Source: an uncultured Chloroflexia bacterium (lineage in GTDB: Bacteria > Chloroflexota > Anaerolineae > CG2-30-64-16). Taken from it: a stretch of 64,000 nt of DNA. Under the pieces are notes generated by a model, which ran no database searches, was not told the DNA's origin, and worked only from the letters and a program-made list of their open reading frames with translations. The DNA lies in NCBI GenBank assembly GCA_963810095.1, contig CAWEMM010000001.1:64001-128000 (forward strand). Direction: 5' to 3'. The position numbers and the translations under genes are program-made. Below are positions 24,045 to 35,278 of the stretch, one piece after another. The first letter of the stretch is position 1. Every line of letters starts with the position of its first letter.

Positions 24045-25672
24045 CTACGGCTTCATCGCCAGCCGTGCGGCCTCGTCCCAATCCACGTCGACGCGGATCC
24101 GCCACGGCAGGGACGGCAAGTTGAGCGGGATCACGTACGGCAGCCAGTCGGGGCCCAGCGCGATCTCGGGCGGCCGCGCGAGCGCGAAGCGTTGCTGGAG
24201 CACGGCAGTCGCCTGCATCGGGGGCCATGCCCATGACCGCGCTGCGGACCGCCGCCGTGTCGACCGGCCGGAGAACAGTCCCTTCGGCGGTCACCGAGAA
24301 GCCCACGCCGCCGTCCTTGCCCGTCACGACCGAGCCCGGGATGAACTTGATCGTGTCGGAAATCAGCCGGGTGCCGGGGGGCATCGTCTCCTGCAGCTTC
24401 GGCGAGCGCGGCCTTGTTGGCCTCTGCCTGGTCGACCGCGAGGCCGACGGCCTGCACGCTCATGCTGAGGAACAGGTCTTCGGACACCTCGCCGACGAAC
24501 GGCGTGAACGAAGGCGAGAGGGGCAGGTAGCTGATCGACTCGGGCGAGATGAAGCTTGCCCTTCACGTCGCGCTCGACCAACTTGTCGAACGCCTGCTTC
24601 TTCAATTCCTCGAACAGCTGCGCCTGCAGCCGCGTCTTGTCTTCCTCGGTCACCACCGGCTGGGGGGCAGTGGTGCCGCCGCCAAAGCCGGCGTCGTTGG
24701 AGACGGCGACAGAGAGTGAGAGCGGGCCCTCGACGCGGGTCACCGTGCCTGCCCGAGCGTTGCCGTCTGGACCGGGCAGCAGCGCCTCGACCTGCGCGAC
24801 GGCGCGGCCATTGGGCCCCAGGTCGGTCGCAGCCAAGTGTGCCGATACTGAAAGTTGTTGCCGGTGGCCGTCGAGACGACGGTGCCCTGGGGAATCTTGA
24901 TCCCCCGGCTGGTCATGTTGATGAAGACGACCCGGCCGCGCGCCTTGCCTGCGGGCTCGGGCCGGCGCCCCGTCGTCTTCGTGCGCGCCTCGCCCGACAA
25001 CCTGCACGCTGATCGGTCTGTGCAGGCACAACGCCGGCCTCGACGTCGGTGCGGGCATCGGGCACGGCCTGCAGTTGGACGGTGGCGCGGATGGGCTCAG
25101 AGGCCGGCGTAACGACGATCTGCGCCGCCGGGACCACGGCCATCAGTGCGTACAACAGGACGGCGAACAGCACGACCAGCGCCAACAGCAGCCCAAGGGT
25201 CTGCCACCAGGGGCTCGGACGACGGGCGAACGACCGGACATACTCGAACGGCCGGAAGCCCGAAGGGGACGTTTTTTGAAACACGCCCGGACCCAGGGGC
25301 ACGACAACTTGCGCGTCGGGCGGGCGGCGCCGGGAGGGCGCAGGGAGCGTGACGCGGTGCCACCGGGCGCGCTCGGCGCGGCTCAGTGCTCTGGAAGGTG
25401 CTGATACCCTCCCGGCCCAACGCCCTGCGCGAACCAACGTGGCGCGTGACAAACGCAACCTCAACCCCCTGATACGCCGCCTCGCGACGGATCACGGCGG
25501 CTGCGGGAGCATCGATGTGCAGATGCCCCGGCAGGACAAAGAGGACCCGCTCGCCGCGGGAGGTTGCTCGCAGCCCAGCCAGAATACCGGCGAGACCGTC
25601 GACCGCGCCGCCCTGAACTTCCTCAGAGCTCCGCGGTCGATCGCCTTCGCCCAAGATGTGCGTTATCGTCAT
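24045..25672 (-). CDS. Membrane-anchored baseplate-J/gp47-like protein, several frameshifts
   Basis: Pieced from ORFs 25097..25672, 24913..25464, 24740..25000, 24363..25058 and 24131..24487: TM helix, KARGRVVFIN..IPQGTVVST, VEALLPGPDGNARAGTVTRV, VSNDAGFGGG..VVTEED; ATGA overlap with the alaS stop. Confidence 0.7.
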
Positions 25673-28447
25673 TTCTTCAGTTGCTGGCGCACCACGTCTG
25701 GAACCTGCGCCAATGCCTCGCTAAGTTTGGATAGATCGCGGCCGCCGGCCTGTGCCAGGCTCGCGCGACCGCCGCCGCCCCCGCCGACGACCCGGGCAAC
25801 CGCCTTGACCAGGTCGCCTGCATGCGCGCCGCGAGTCAAGCAGGTCGTCGGTGACCGCTGCAATAAACTGCGGCTTGTCGTCGATGGCCGTTGCCAGCAC
25901 GACGACCGCGGAGCCGAGCAACTCGCGGAGCTTGTCGCTCATCTCGCGTAAGGTCTGCATGTCCGCACCGGGCACTTCGGCCGTCACAACCTTGGCGCCA
26001 TCCACGTCGACCGCGGCGGCCGCCAGCCGGTCGGTCTGCTGCATGGCGAGCTGTGCCTTTAACCGGGCGTTCTCTTTCTGGCTTGTTTGCAGCTCGGCGT
26101 ACAGGTTGCGCACGGCCCGGTCGATCTGGTCGGGCTGTACTCGGAGGACGGCCGCAGTCTGGTCGAGCAGGCGGAGGCGGCTTTGCGCCAGGTGCTGCGC
26201 CTCGCGGCCGGTCACGGCCTCGATGCGCCGCACGCCCGCGCCGATGCTCTCCTCGGACACGATATGGAAGAAGGCGATTTCGCCGGTGTGCGCGACGTGG
26301 GTGCCGCCGCACAACTCCTTCGAATACACGTCGTCCTCCCAGCCCACCTCGACCACCCGGACCTCGTCCCCGTACTTCTCGGTAAACAGCGCGGTTGCCC
26401 CGCCGGCAACGGCCTCGCGGTACGGCATCTGCTCGAACTCGACGGGCAGGTCCTCGAGCACGACCGCGTTCACGCCTTCTTCGATCGTGTCCAGCTCGTC
26501 CTGCGTCAGCATGGACGAGTGGGTGAAGTCGAAGCGCAGGCGGTCGGGCGCGACCACCGAGCCGGCCTGGTGGACGTGCTCGCCCAACAGGTCGCGCAAC
26601 TCGCGGTGCAACAGGTGCGTGGCCGTGTGGTTGCGCATGATGTCGAGCCGCCGGTCGAAGTCGACCTCGACCCAACAGGGATCGCCGACTTCCGGCGCGC
26701 CGCCGGTGACCTCGCCGATGTGGACGATCAAGCCGGGCACAGGGCGCCGGGTGTCCGACACCGCGATCTCCCAGACGATTTCGTCCGTGTCGCCTTCGTA
26801 GCGGGTGATGAAGCCCACGTCGCTTACCTGCCCGCCAGACTCCACGTAGAACGGCGTGACGGGGGTAACCACTTCAACCTTATCGCCTGCCCGCACCCGC
26901 GCGACGCGCTGGCCCTCGCGGACGAAGGCCGCGACCTTCGTCTCCAGCTCGAACTCATCGTACGGGTCCTGCTTCACACCCGCGGGGGCCAGCAAGCCTT
27001 CGGCCTTCAGGTCGCGCAACAGGTCCAGATACAACTGCACCCCTTCAGTCGCGTGGACGGCAAACTGCCCCGATGCCCTGGCACGCTCTTTCTGCTCGTT
27101 GAGTGCCGCCTTAAAGGCGTCGACGTCGAGGCTCAGGCCGTGCTCGCGGACCACGTCTAGCGTGAGGTCGAGCGGGAAGCCGTGCGTGTCGTACAGGCGG
27201 AAGGCATCCAGGCCAGGAACAACGGTCTGCGAGCGCTGTTTGACCCCGGCAATCAACTCGTCGAGGAGCGCGAGCCCGTTGGTTAGCGTCGTTCCGAAGC
27301 GGCTCTCTTCCAGCTCGATGTTGTTCAGAATGAATTCGCGCCGGCGCACCAGCTCGTCGTATTGCCCGCCCATCAAGTCGATCACGGTCTTGGCGACTTC
27401 GGCCAGGAACGGCTTGGTGAAGCCAAGCATGCGGCCGTGTCGGGCAGCCCGCCGCAGGATCAGGCGGAGCACGTAGCCCCGACCCTCGTTCGCCGGCATG
27501 ACGCCGTCGCCGATCAGGAAGCTGATGGCCCGGGCGTGGTCCGCGATGACGCGGTACGAAACGGCGCGAACCTCATTCTGCAGGTCGCGGGAAACGTCCC
27601 GGCCGACGCCCGACTCCGCCAGCAGCTTCTGGGTCGCCTCGATGATCGGCGCGAAGAGGTCGGTCTCATAGTTGCTGCGCTTGCCCTGCAGCACCTGGAC
27701 AACGCGCTCGAAGCCCATCCCGGTATCTACATGACGCGCGGGAAGGGCGGAGAGTTCCCCTTCTGCGTTGCGGTTATACTGGATGAAGACCAGGTTCCAC
27801 AGCTCGATATAGCGCCGGCAGTCGCCGTTCACGCGGCAGACATGGCCCGGCACGCCCTGCTTGTCGCACCGGTCGGGCCCGAGGTCCATGTGGATCTCGC
27901 TGCAGGGACCGCACGGCCCGGTGTCGCCCATCTCCCAGAAGTTCTCCTTGCGGCCGAAGAAGACGATGTGCTCTCGCTGGATGTCCGTCTCCGAACGCCA
28001 GTAGCCGGCGGCCTCGTCGTCGCGCTCGATCTGGCCCTTGTTGTCCTCGAAGACGGTGGCCCACAGCCGGTCCTTGGGCAGCCCCCACACCTGCGTCAGC
28101 AACTCCCAAGCCCACGCAATGGCTTCCTTCTTGTAGTAGTCGCCGAATGACCAGTTGCCCAGCATCTCGAACAGGGTGTGATGGTAGGGCGAGCGCCCCA
28201 CATCTTCCAGGTCGTTGTGCTTGCCGCTCACGCGCATGCACTTCTGCGCGTCGGCCACCCGCCGCGATTTCGGCTCGGCCATGCCGAGGAAGAAATCCTT
28301 GAACTGGTTCATACCCGCGTTGGTGAACAGGAGCGTTGGATCGTCCACAGGCACCAGCGAGGCGCTGGGCACGATCTGGTGTCCCTTACCGCGGAAGAAA
28401 TCGAGGAACTGCTGGCGAATCTGCGCGCTTGAATACTTCTGGGTCAT
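25669..28447 (-). CDS. alaS: Alanine--tRNA ligase, one indel near 25835
   Basis: DPTLLFTNAGMNQFK, FEMLGNWSFGDY, GPCGPCSEI, DTGMGFER, editing HTATH and ELCGGTH, C-terminal GGGGGGR..AQAGG. Confidence 0.98.
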
Positions 28448-28516
28448 TCGGTAAACCTCACAGGATAGACAAGGGAAGGCGCGCTGAATCATTCCGCCAG
28501 CGCGCCGTAAGCATTT

Positions 28517-28545
28517 ATTTTACGGGAGAAAGGGGGTATTGTCAA
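28517..28545 (-). promoter_or_regulatory. Near-consensus sigma70 promoter for the alaS operon
   Basis: Minus strand TTGACA-17bp-TAAAAT; short 5' UTR with a 9-bp hairpin ggcgcgctg/cagcgcgcc. Confidence 0.8.
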
Positions 28546-28670
28546 AGACATTGTACGCTCGACGATGCGTGTCTCCTTTGCCCACAGCTTGCTGCGGCGC
28601 GATAATTCCCCTGCTCCACCTGCACAGCCAGTGGCGCGCCGCTGCAAATTACCACACGAAGGACCATTCC

Positions 28671-30935
28671 ATGACTTCCATCCAGTCCATCGTCGAGCAA
28701 ATGACGCTCGAAGAGAAGGCCGCCCTGTGTACGGGCGCTACGGCGTGGACGACCACGCCGATCGAACGACTCGGCGTGCCCGCCATGTGGGTGTCGGACG
28801 GGCCGCACGGCGTGCGCCGGGTGGCCGAAGCCACCGAGTTGACCATCGAGGCGCTGCCGGCCACGTGTTTCCCCACGGCTTCCCTGCTGGCAGCCACCTG
28901 GGACCGCGACCTGATCCACGAAATGGGGCAAGCCCTGGCCGAAGAGGCCATCGCCTTGGGCGTGGACGTGCTGCTGGGGCCGGGCGCGAACATGAAGCGC
29001 ACGCCGGTCTGCGGGCGCAACTTCGAGTACTTCTCCGAGGACCCGTTCCTGGCCGGCGAGATGGCCGCGAGCTTCATCGACGGCGTGCAGAGCAAAGGCA
29101 TCGGCACGTCGCTCAAGCACTACGCGGTCAACAACCAGGAATACAAGCGTATGGTCATCGACGCGGTGGTGGACGAGCGCACGCTGCGCGAGATCTACCT
29201 GCCCGCGTTCGAAACGGCCGTCAAGAAGGCGCAGCCCTGGACGGTCATGTGCTCGTACAATAAGATCAACGGCGTCTATGGCTCGGAGCAGCACCACCTG
29301 CTCACCGAGCTCCTCAAGGACGAGTGGGGGTTCGAGGGGTTCGTCGTGTCGGACTGGGGCGCGGTGCACGACCGGGTGAAGTCGCTGGACGGCGGGCTCG
29401 ATCTGGAGATGCCCGGCCCACGGCCCCGGCGCACGCAGGCGCTGGTCGACGCGGTGTGCGGCGGGCAGCTGGACGAGGCGCGGCTGGATGAGGCCGTGCG
29501 GCGCATCCTGCAGATGGTCTTCAAAGCGGCCGAAACGCCGAAGGGCCGGCCATTTGACCAAGCCGCGCACCACGCGCTGGCGCGCAAAGTGGCGGCGGAA
29601 GGCATGGTGCTACTGAAGAACGACGGCATCTTGCCGCTCGAGAACGTGGGCCACATCGCGGTCATCGGACGTGCCGCCCAGGAGCCGTACTTCCAGGGTG
29701 GCGGCAGCTCACACATCAACCCCACGCAGGTCGACCTGCCACTGGAGGAGCTACGGAACCTGGCCGGCGGGGCCGAGATCACGTTCGCCGAAGGGTATCC
29801 GACCGACGACAGCCGCCAGCCCGCGCTGATCGAAGCGGCAGTGGCCGCGGCGAAGCAGGCCGACGTCGCGCTGCTCTACGTCGCCCTGCCCTCGTGGAAG
29901 GAATCCGAAGGGTACGACCGGGCCGACCTCGACCTGACCGGCCAGCAGGTGGCGCTGATCCAGGCCGTGACCGCCGCGCAACCGAGGAGCGTCGTCATCC
30001 TGAACAACGGCTCGGCCGTGACAATGAGCGAGTGGATCGACGGGCCGGCTGCCGTGCTCGAAGCCTGGATGATGGGCCAGGCCGGCGCGGGCGCGATCGC
30101 CGACGTGCTCTTTGGCGTGGTCAACCCCTCGGGCAAGCTGGCCGAGACCTTCCCGCTGCGGTTGTCGGACACGCCTGCCTTCGTCAACTATCCGGGCGAG
30201 GGCAACACGGCTCGCTACGGCGAGGGTCTTTTCATCGGCTACCGGTACTATGACGCCCGCCGCCAGCCGGTGCTGTTCCCATTCGGGCACGGCTTCAGCT
30301 ACACGACCTTCGCCTATCACGACGCGGTCGTTTCGAGCCCCACGTTCCGGGATGTCGACGGGGTGACGGTCACGGTATCCGTGACGAACACCGGGAAGGT
30401 CGCGGGCAAGGAGACCGTGCAGGTCTACGTGCACGACCGGAAGGCCGGCCTCGTGCGGCCGCCGAAGGAACTCAAAGGCTTCGCCAAGGTGGAGCTGCAG
30501 CCGGGTGAGACGAAGCGGCTCAGCATTTCGCTCGATTTCCGGGCGTTCGCCTACTACCACCCGGCTTACGGGCAATGGATCACGGAAGATGGCGAATTCG
30601 ACATCCTGATCGGGGCCTCGGCGGCCGACATCCGCTGCACGGAGGTCGTCACGCTGCAGTCGACCCTCGACCTGCCGAGCCTGCTGGACAAGGAATCGAC
30701 GATGCGCGAGTGGCTGGCCGACCCCCGCGGGAGACCGGTCGTTGGGCCGATCGCCGACCAGATCGCGGCCCGCATGCTTGCCATCTTCGGCGAGGAGCAG
30801 AGCGAGCCGGAGAGCGGCATCACCGACTTCCTGCTCGACATGCCGCTGCTCGGCGTCCTGGAGTTCGACGAGAGCGTGCTGCCCGCGCCGGCCGAGGTGC
30901 TGCTGGCGGGGATGCTGGCGCAGGTGCACGGGTAA
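28671..30935 (+). CDS. Glycoside hydrolase family 3 beta-glucosidase with an FN3-like domain
   Basis: SDGPHGVR, GRNFEYFSEDP, KHYAVNNQE, catalytic VVSDWG, ESEGYDR, NPSGKLAETFP, FPFGHGFSYTTF. Confidence 0.95.
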   Translation: MTSIQSIVEQMTLEEKAALCTGATAWTTTPIERLGVPAMWVSDGPHGVRRVAEATELTIEALPATCFPTASLLAATWDRDLIHEMGQALAEEAIALGVDVLLGPGANMKRTPVCGRNFEYFSEDPFLAGEMAASFIDGVQSKGIGTSLKHYAVNNQEYKRMVIDAVVDERTLREIYLPAFETAVKKAQPWTVMCSYNKINGVYGSEQHHLLTELLKDEWGFEGFVVSDWGAVHDRVKSLDGGLDLEMPGPRPRRTQALVDAVCGGQLDEARLDEAVRRILQMVFKAAETPKGRPFDQAAHHALARKVAAEGMVLLKNDGILPLENVGHIAVIGRAAQEPYFQGGGSSHINPTQVDLPLEELRNLAGGAEITFAEGYPTDDSRQPALIEAAVAAAKQADVALLYVALPSWKESEGYDRADLDLTGQQVALIQAVTAAQPRSVVILNNGSAVTMSEWIDGPAAVLEAWMMGQAGAGAIADVLFGVVNPSGKLAETFPLRLSDTPAFVNYPGEGNTARYGEGLFIGYRYYDARRQPVLFPFGHGFSYTTFAYHDAVVSSPTFRDVDGVTVTVSVTNTGKVAGKETVQVYVHDRKAGLVRPPKELKGFAKVELQPGETKRLSISLDFRAFAYYHPAYGQWITEDGEFDILIGASAADIRCTEVVTLQSTLDLPSLLDKESTMREWLADPRGRPVVGPIADQIAARMLAIFGEEQSEPESGITDFLLDMPLLGVLEFDESVLPAPAEVLLAGMLAQVHG

Positions 30936-30975
30936 CTCGCGTTCCCGAATCCTGGCCCCGCTCTGCGGACGGCGG

Positions 30976-31006
30976 CCGGATGCGCGTCGAGTCGACGCGC
31001 ATCCGG
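30976..31006. repeat. Perfect 15-bp inverted repeat (hairpin, terminator-like or REP-like)
   Basis: ccggatgcgcgtcga-g-tcgacgcgcatccgg. Confidence 0.7.
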
Positions 31007-31133
31007 ACGTCGTCTAGCGTCCTGCCGCAAAGATTAGCAGGAGATGAAAGGGTAGGATGGCTGACTTCCCGGGCTTTCAAAACGAGTATAGCATCTTCGT
31101 CATGGAGATCATGTATTGATGACAAAGACAACG

Positions 31134-32207
31134 ATGCGCCTGGCCCTGGTTTTCCTGGCCTTGGTCCTTCTGAGCAGCTGCGGGAAGCCCGGCCGTGCCG
31201 AGTCTACCCCGCCCGGTTCCCGCGTGGGGCAGGAGCCGGCGTACCAGATTGCTACCGGCACGCCGCGCGCAGCGACCGCCACGCCGCGGGCAGCCCTGAG
31301 CCCGACGCCCAGCAGTGCTCCTTCGGCGACGCCCCGCCCAGCGCCTACACGGACGGCCCTGCCAACAGCCGAGCCGCCAATCACGTTTGCGGTCATCGGC
31401 GATCACGGAGCGCATTCAGAGGGCGAGAAGCAGGTCGCCGCGCTGGTCGACGGGTGGAGACCGGACTTCATCCTCGATACGGGCGACGCCTACTATTCCG
31501 CCGCCGGCGGCGACACGACGGACAAGTACGATCGCTCGGTCGGCGCGTATTACTGCGACTACCTGAAGGATGTGACCACCATGGGCACGGACTGTCCGCA
31601 TGGCGCCGCGGACACAAACCGGTTCTTCCCCACACTGGGCAACCACGACTACTCAGACGCCTCGCTCGATAACTACCTGAAGTACTTCAAGCTGCCGGGC
31701 GATGGCTTCACGAACACCTCGGGCAACGAGCGCTACTACGATTTTGTCTGGGGGCCAGTCCACTTTTTCGCGCTGAACTCCAACACGATGGAGCCGGACG
31801 GCACGAAGCCCGACTCGAAGCAAGGTCAGTGGTTGCAGAGGCAGTTGGCCGGATCGACCTCACCCTGGAACATCGTCTTTTTCCACCATCCCCCGTATTC
31901 GTCAGGCGCGAGCCACGGGGACCAGGCGTGGATGCAGTGGCCGTTCAAGGACTGGGGCGCCCAGGCCGTCTTCAGCGGACACGAGCACCTGTACGAAAGG
32001 CTTCAGATTGGCGGGGTCGCGTACTTTGTCAACGGGACGGGCGGGGGCGCACGGTACGCGTTCAAGCCCACCCCCACGCCGGGCAGCCAGGCGCGGGTTG
32101 CGGGCGCGTGGGGCGCGCAGAAGGTCACGGCGACGGACAAGGCCATCACCTTCGAGTTCTACACGGTGGATGGGAAGTTGGCGGACACTTACACGCTGAG
32201 GAAATAG
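31134..32207 (+). CDS. Lipoprotein metallophosphoesterase (purple acid phosphatase-like)
   Basis: Lipobox LSSC, Thr/Pro linker, DHG, GDAYY, GNHDY, HHPPYSS, GHEHLYER. Confidence 0.9.
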   Translation: MRLALVFLALVLLSSCGKPGRAESTPPGSRVGQEPAYQIATGTPRAATATPRAALSPTPSSAPSATPRPAPTRTALPTAEPPITFAVIGDHGAHSEGEKQVAALVDGWRPDFILDTGDAYYSAAGGDTTDKYDRSVGAYYCDYLKDVTTMGTDCPHGAADTNRFFPTLGNHDYSDASLDNYLKYFKLPGDGFTNTSGNERYYDFVWGPVHFFALNSNTMEPDGTKPDSKQGQWLQRQLAGSTSPWNIVFFHHPPYSSGASHGDQAWMQWPFKDWGAQAVFSGHEHLYERLQIGGVAYFVNGTGGGARYAFKPTPTPGSQARVAGAWGAQKVTATDKAITFEFYTVDGKLADTYTLRK

Positions 32208-32230
32208 GCGTCCGCGTCGCGCCTCGCGCG

Positions 32231-33721
32231 TTACATCGTCTCCTCGGATGCAAGCTCAGCGCGGCCGCGCTCGCCGATGACGTGACCCGGCGCCAACAGC
32301 GTGACTAAGAGTCCGAGGAGGGCCGCAACGAATGCGGCGACAAACACCGCCGCAATTGCACCACCAACTGCGGCCACCACCGCCGTCGCCTGCGAGCCCA
32401 GAGCACTCACGTCGCCGCCCCCGATGAGCACGCCGAGCGGCACTGTGGCAGGATCGATCCCGTCGGCCAGCAGGTTTGCGGTTACGCTCGAGGCCAGAAT
32501 CGCGCCCATCACGCTCACCCCAAGCATGCCCCCGATGTTCCGGCTGAACTGGATGGTCGCGGTGGCTGCGCCCAGCATGTCGCGGCGGACCTCATTCTGA
32601 ACTGCAATCAGGAACGCCGGCATGGCAAGGCCCATCCCCGACCCCATAAACGCAAGGCTCACGACGACCAGCAGCGTCGATGGGTTGGCGGCGATGCGCG
32701 TCATCAAGGCTGTGCCGATCACCAGAAGCACCATGCCAACGACGGCCACAACCCGATAGCCCGTTCGCAGCAGCAGGCGCGTGCCGATAATGCTGGCGAT
32801 CACCCAGCTCAACATCTGCGGGGTCAGCATACTGCCCGCAGCCGTGGCGCTGAGGCCCATGACCGCCTGACCGAACAGCGGGACGAAGTTCGCGCTGCCG
32901 AACATGGCCCACCCGGCCAGCAACCCCTGGACCGTCGCGACGGCGAACAGGCGGTCGCGGAAGAGGCGCACGGGCAGGAGCGGATCGGGCGCCCGGCGTT
33001 CGACCCAGTAAAGCGCACCCATGCAGACGGCCGCAAGCCCGAATAAAACCCAGCTCAGCGGCTTGCCCAGATCGAGCAGCCCGATCAGGAACGCGACCAC
33101 CCCCAGCGTAAGGAGCGCCACCCCCGCATAATCGATCGAGGGCCGGCCGCCTGTGCGGGCCCGCTGAAGGTCGCGCCAAGCCACGCCGACCAACAGCATT
33201 GCAAGCAGGCCCGGCACAATATTGACGAAGAAAACCCAATGCCACGACAACTGGTCGACGAGGAACCCGCCGAGCAATGGACCGATGACCGAGGCGACGC
33301 CCCACACGCCCGAGAAGAGGCCCTGCATCTTCGCACGGCGCTCGAGCGACAGCATGTCCGCGATCATGGTGAAGGCGAGGGGCATGACGCCGCCCGCACC
33401 GAGGCCCTGAAGGGCCCGGAACGCGATCAACTGGCCCATGGTCTGCGATAGCCCACTTAAGACCGAGCCCACGAGAAAGATCGTCATCGAGATGAAGTAC
33501 AGGCGGCGCCGGCCATACAGGTCGGACAGCTTGCCGTACAAGGGCACCGTCGTCGTGGAGGTCAGCATGTAGGCGGTGAAGACCCAACTGTAGGTCGCCA
33601 GCCCGCCCAGCTCGGCCACGATGGTAGGCATGGCAGTGGCGACCACGGTCGATTCGACCGCAGCCAGGAACAGGCTGAGCATGATGCCCACGATGACGAC
33701 GCGAATGCGTTTTTCGGACAT
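32231..33721 (-). CDS. MFS drug:H+ antiporter (DHA2/MDR type)
   Basis: STVVATAMPTI, YGKLSDLYGRR, RALQGLGAG, GPLLGG..LSWHWVFFVN; about 14 TM segments. Confidence 0.93.
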   Translation of the reverse strand: MSEKRIRVVIVGIMLSLFLAAVESTVVATAMPTIVAELGGLATYSWVFTAYMLTSTTTVPLYGKLSDLYGRRRLYFISMTIFLVGSVLSGLSQTMGQLIAFRALQGLGAGGVMPLAFTMIADMLSLERRAKMQGLFSGVWGVASVIGPLLGGFLVDQLSWHWVFFVNIVPGLLAMLLVGVAWRDLQRARTGGRPSIDYAGVALLTLGVVAFLIGLLDLGKPLSWVLFGLAAVCMGALYWVERRAPDPLLPVRLFRDRLFAVATVQGLLAGWAMFGSANFVPLFGQAVMGLSATAAGSMLTPQMLSWVIASIIGTRLLLRTGYRVVAVVGMVLLVIGTALMTRIAANPSTLLVVVSLAFMGSGMGLAMPAFLIAVQNEVRRDMLGAATATIQFSRNIGGMLGVSVMGAILASSVTANLLADGIDPATVPLGVLIGGGDVSALGSQATAVVAAVGGAIAAVFVAAFVAALLGLLVTLLAPGHVIGERGRAELASEETM

Positions 33722-33762
33722 TGAATCCCCGGGTTCCAGCCGGACGGAGCCGGCGCTTGATC

Positions 33763-34254
33763 TCAGGCGACTTGTGCGACGAAGTCGCCTACCTCGGCCG
33801 TTGGTAGCGCGGCCATCAAGTCAACGCTTCGGAGCACAATCGTTGTTCCCTGCACGCCCGAGCCCATCGAGACGACATCTTCCCGCAGCACGCCGCGGTC
33901 CACCAGCACGCGCATCGGCTCGGGCAGGCCAAACGGTGCGACCGCCCCGCGGGTGTAGCCGGTGACGTTGAGTAATTCCTCTTCACTTGCGGTGGTCAGG
34001 CGCGACTGGCCAAGGTACGAACGGAGCGCGGGCCACGCGATCTGGGCCGGCCCCGCCACGAGGACCATCACGAACTCGCCGGCCGCGGTGCGAAAAACGA
34101 TGCTGCGAATGACCTGCTCGGGCCGCTGGCCGCGCTCCTCGGCCGCTTGCTCCAGGGAGCGCAGGGGCCCGGGGTGCTTGAGCACCTGGTGGGGCACGCC
34201 GAGCCGCGCGAGATCGCGCGATACGGGCGTCGCGTCGGAAGTCAGTTCAATCAT
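33763..34254 (-). CDS. YbaK/EbsC aminoacyl-tRNA deacylase family
   Basis: AAEERG..QVIRSIVF, TGYTRGAVAPFG, GSG. Confidence 0.88.
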   Translation of the reverse strand: MIELTSDATPVSRDLARLGVPHQVLKHPGPLRSLEQAAEERGQRPEQVIRSIVFRTAAGEFVMVLVAGPAQIAWPALRSYLGQSRLTTASEEELLNVTGYTRGAVAPFGLPEPMRVLVDRGVLREDVVSMGSGVQGTTIVLRSVDLMAALPTAEVGDFVAQVA

Positions 34255-34441
34255 GTAAGCTCACTTTGGATAGAATCGCAAGGATCGAATTCTACACCTC
34301 CGCCGCGTCAGCAACAAGGGCGCGGCGCAACCCGCGGCACGTCCGCGCCGTACTGGAATGCAAGCGCCCGCACGGGTGCACGTCCAGCGACCACGCGCCG
34401 GCACTCTGCGCACGCCCGGCACCGCTGCGAAGGAGTATGAA

Positions 34442-35269
34442 ATGAACCCGCTACACGACGAGAACATGTTGGCGACGACTGCCCGGTGGACGGCGGCCGC
34501 CCACGCGCGGGAGACATCGCGGCCCGACGCGCTGCTGCACGACCCGTGGGCCGAACTGCTCGCCGGCGAGGCCGGGATGGAATGGATTGCCGACCGCCCC
34601 GAGGGTGGCACGCTGCCCATCCTCCTGCGCACGCGCTACTTCGACGATTACCTGGTGCAGGTGACGGCAGAGGGCATACGCCAGGTGGTGCTCCTGGCTG
34701 CGGGGCTCGACACGCGCGCATTCCGCCTGTCATGGCCCGAGGGTGCGGTGGTCTACGAGGTGGACCAGCCCAGCGTGGTGACCCACAAGGAACGGGCATT
34801 GGCCGGCGCCCGGCCCGGGTGCGAGCGCCGCGTCGTCGCGGCGGACCTGACGGATCCGTGGCAGGACAAGCTGTGCAGGTCCGGGTTTAGGCCGGATGCT
34901 CCGGCGTGCTTCCTGCTGGAGGGTTTTCTGTTCTACCTGCCCCAGCCGGACATGGAGCGCGTTCTCGACGAAGTTGCGGCCTTCGCCGCGCCTCGCAGCC
35001 GCATCGGCTTCGATGCCGTGAACTCTGCGACCTACACCAATCCCTACACGAAGCCCTGGCTCGACATGCAAGCCGCGGCCGGCGCGCCCTGGCTGAGTGC
35101 GCTGGACAATCCACTCGACTTTATGGCCGTCCGTGGCTGGGACGTGAGCTTGACACAGGCAGGTCAGCCGGACGCGAACTACGGCCGGTGGAGCCTGCCC
35201 ATTCTGCCGGTGACCCTGCCGGGTGCTCCGCACAACTGGTACGTGACGGGGACAAAACGCGCCCTGTAG
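34442..35269 (+). CDS. SAM-dependent methyltransferase (TIGR00027/LCM-like)
   Basis: TARWTAAAHARE, RTRYFDD, QVVLLAAGLDTRAFRL, YEVDQP, LLEGFLFYL. Confidence 0.9.
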   Translation: MNPLHDENMLATTARWTAAAHARETSRPDALLHDPWAELLAGEAGMEWIADRPEGGTLPILLRTRYFDDYLVQVTAEGIRQVVLLAAGLDTRAFRLSWPEGAVVYEVDQPSVVTHKERALAGARPGCERRVVAADLTDPWQDKLCRSGFRPDAPACFLLEGFLFYLPQPDMERVLDEVAAFAAPRSRIGFDAVNSATYTNPYTKPWLDMQAAAGAPWLSALDNPLDFMAVRGWDVSLTQAGQPDANYGRWSLPILPVTLPGAPHNWYVTGTKRAL

Positions 35270-35278
35270 GGCAGCGGC

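Noticed and set aside
24045-25672. Prophage or contractile injection system inferred from the baseplate-J-like gene
   Set aside because: No sheath, tube, VgrG, capsid, terminase or integrase genes anywhere in the window
28448-28545. T-box leader upstream of alaS
   Set aside because: The predicted UTR is only about 60 nt and has no T-box (GGTGGNACCGCG) motif
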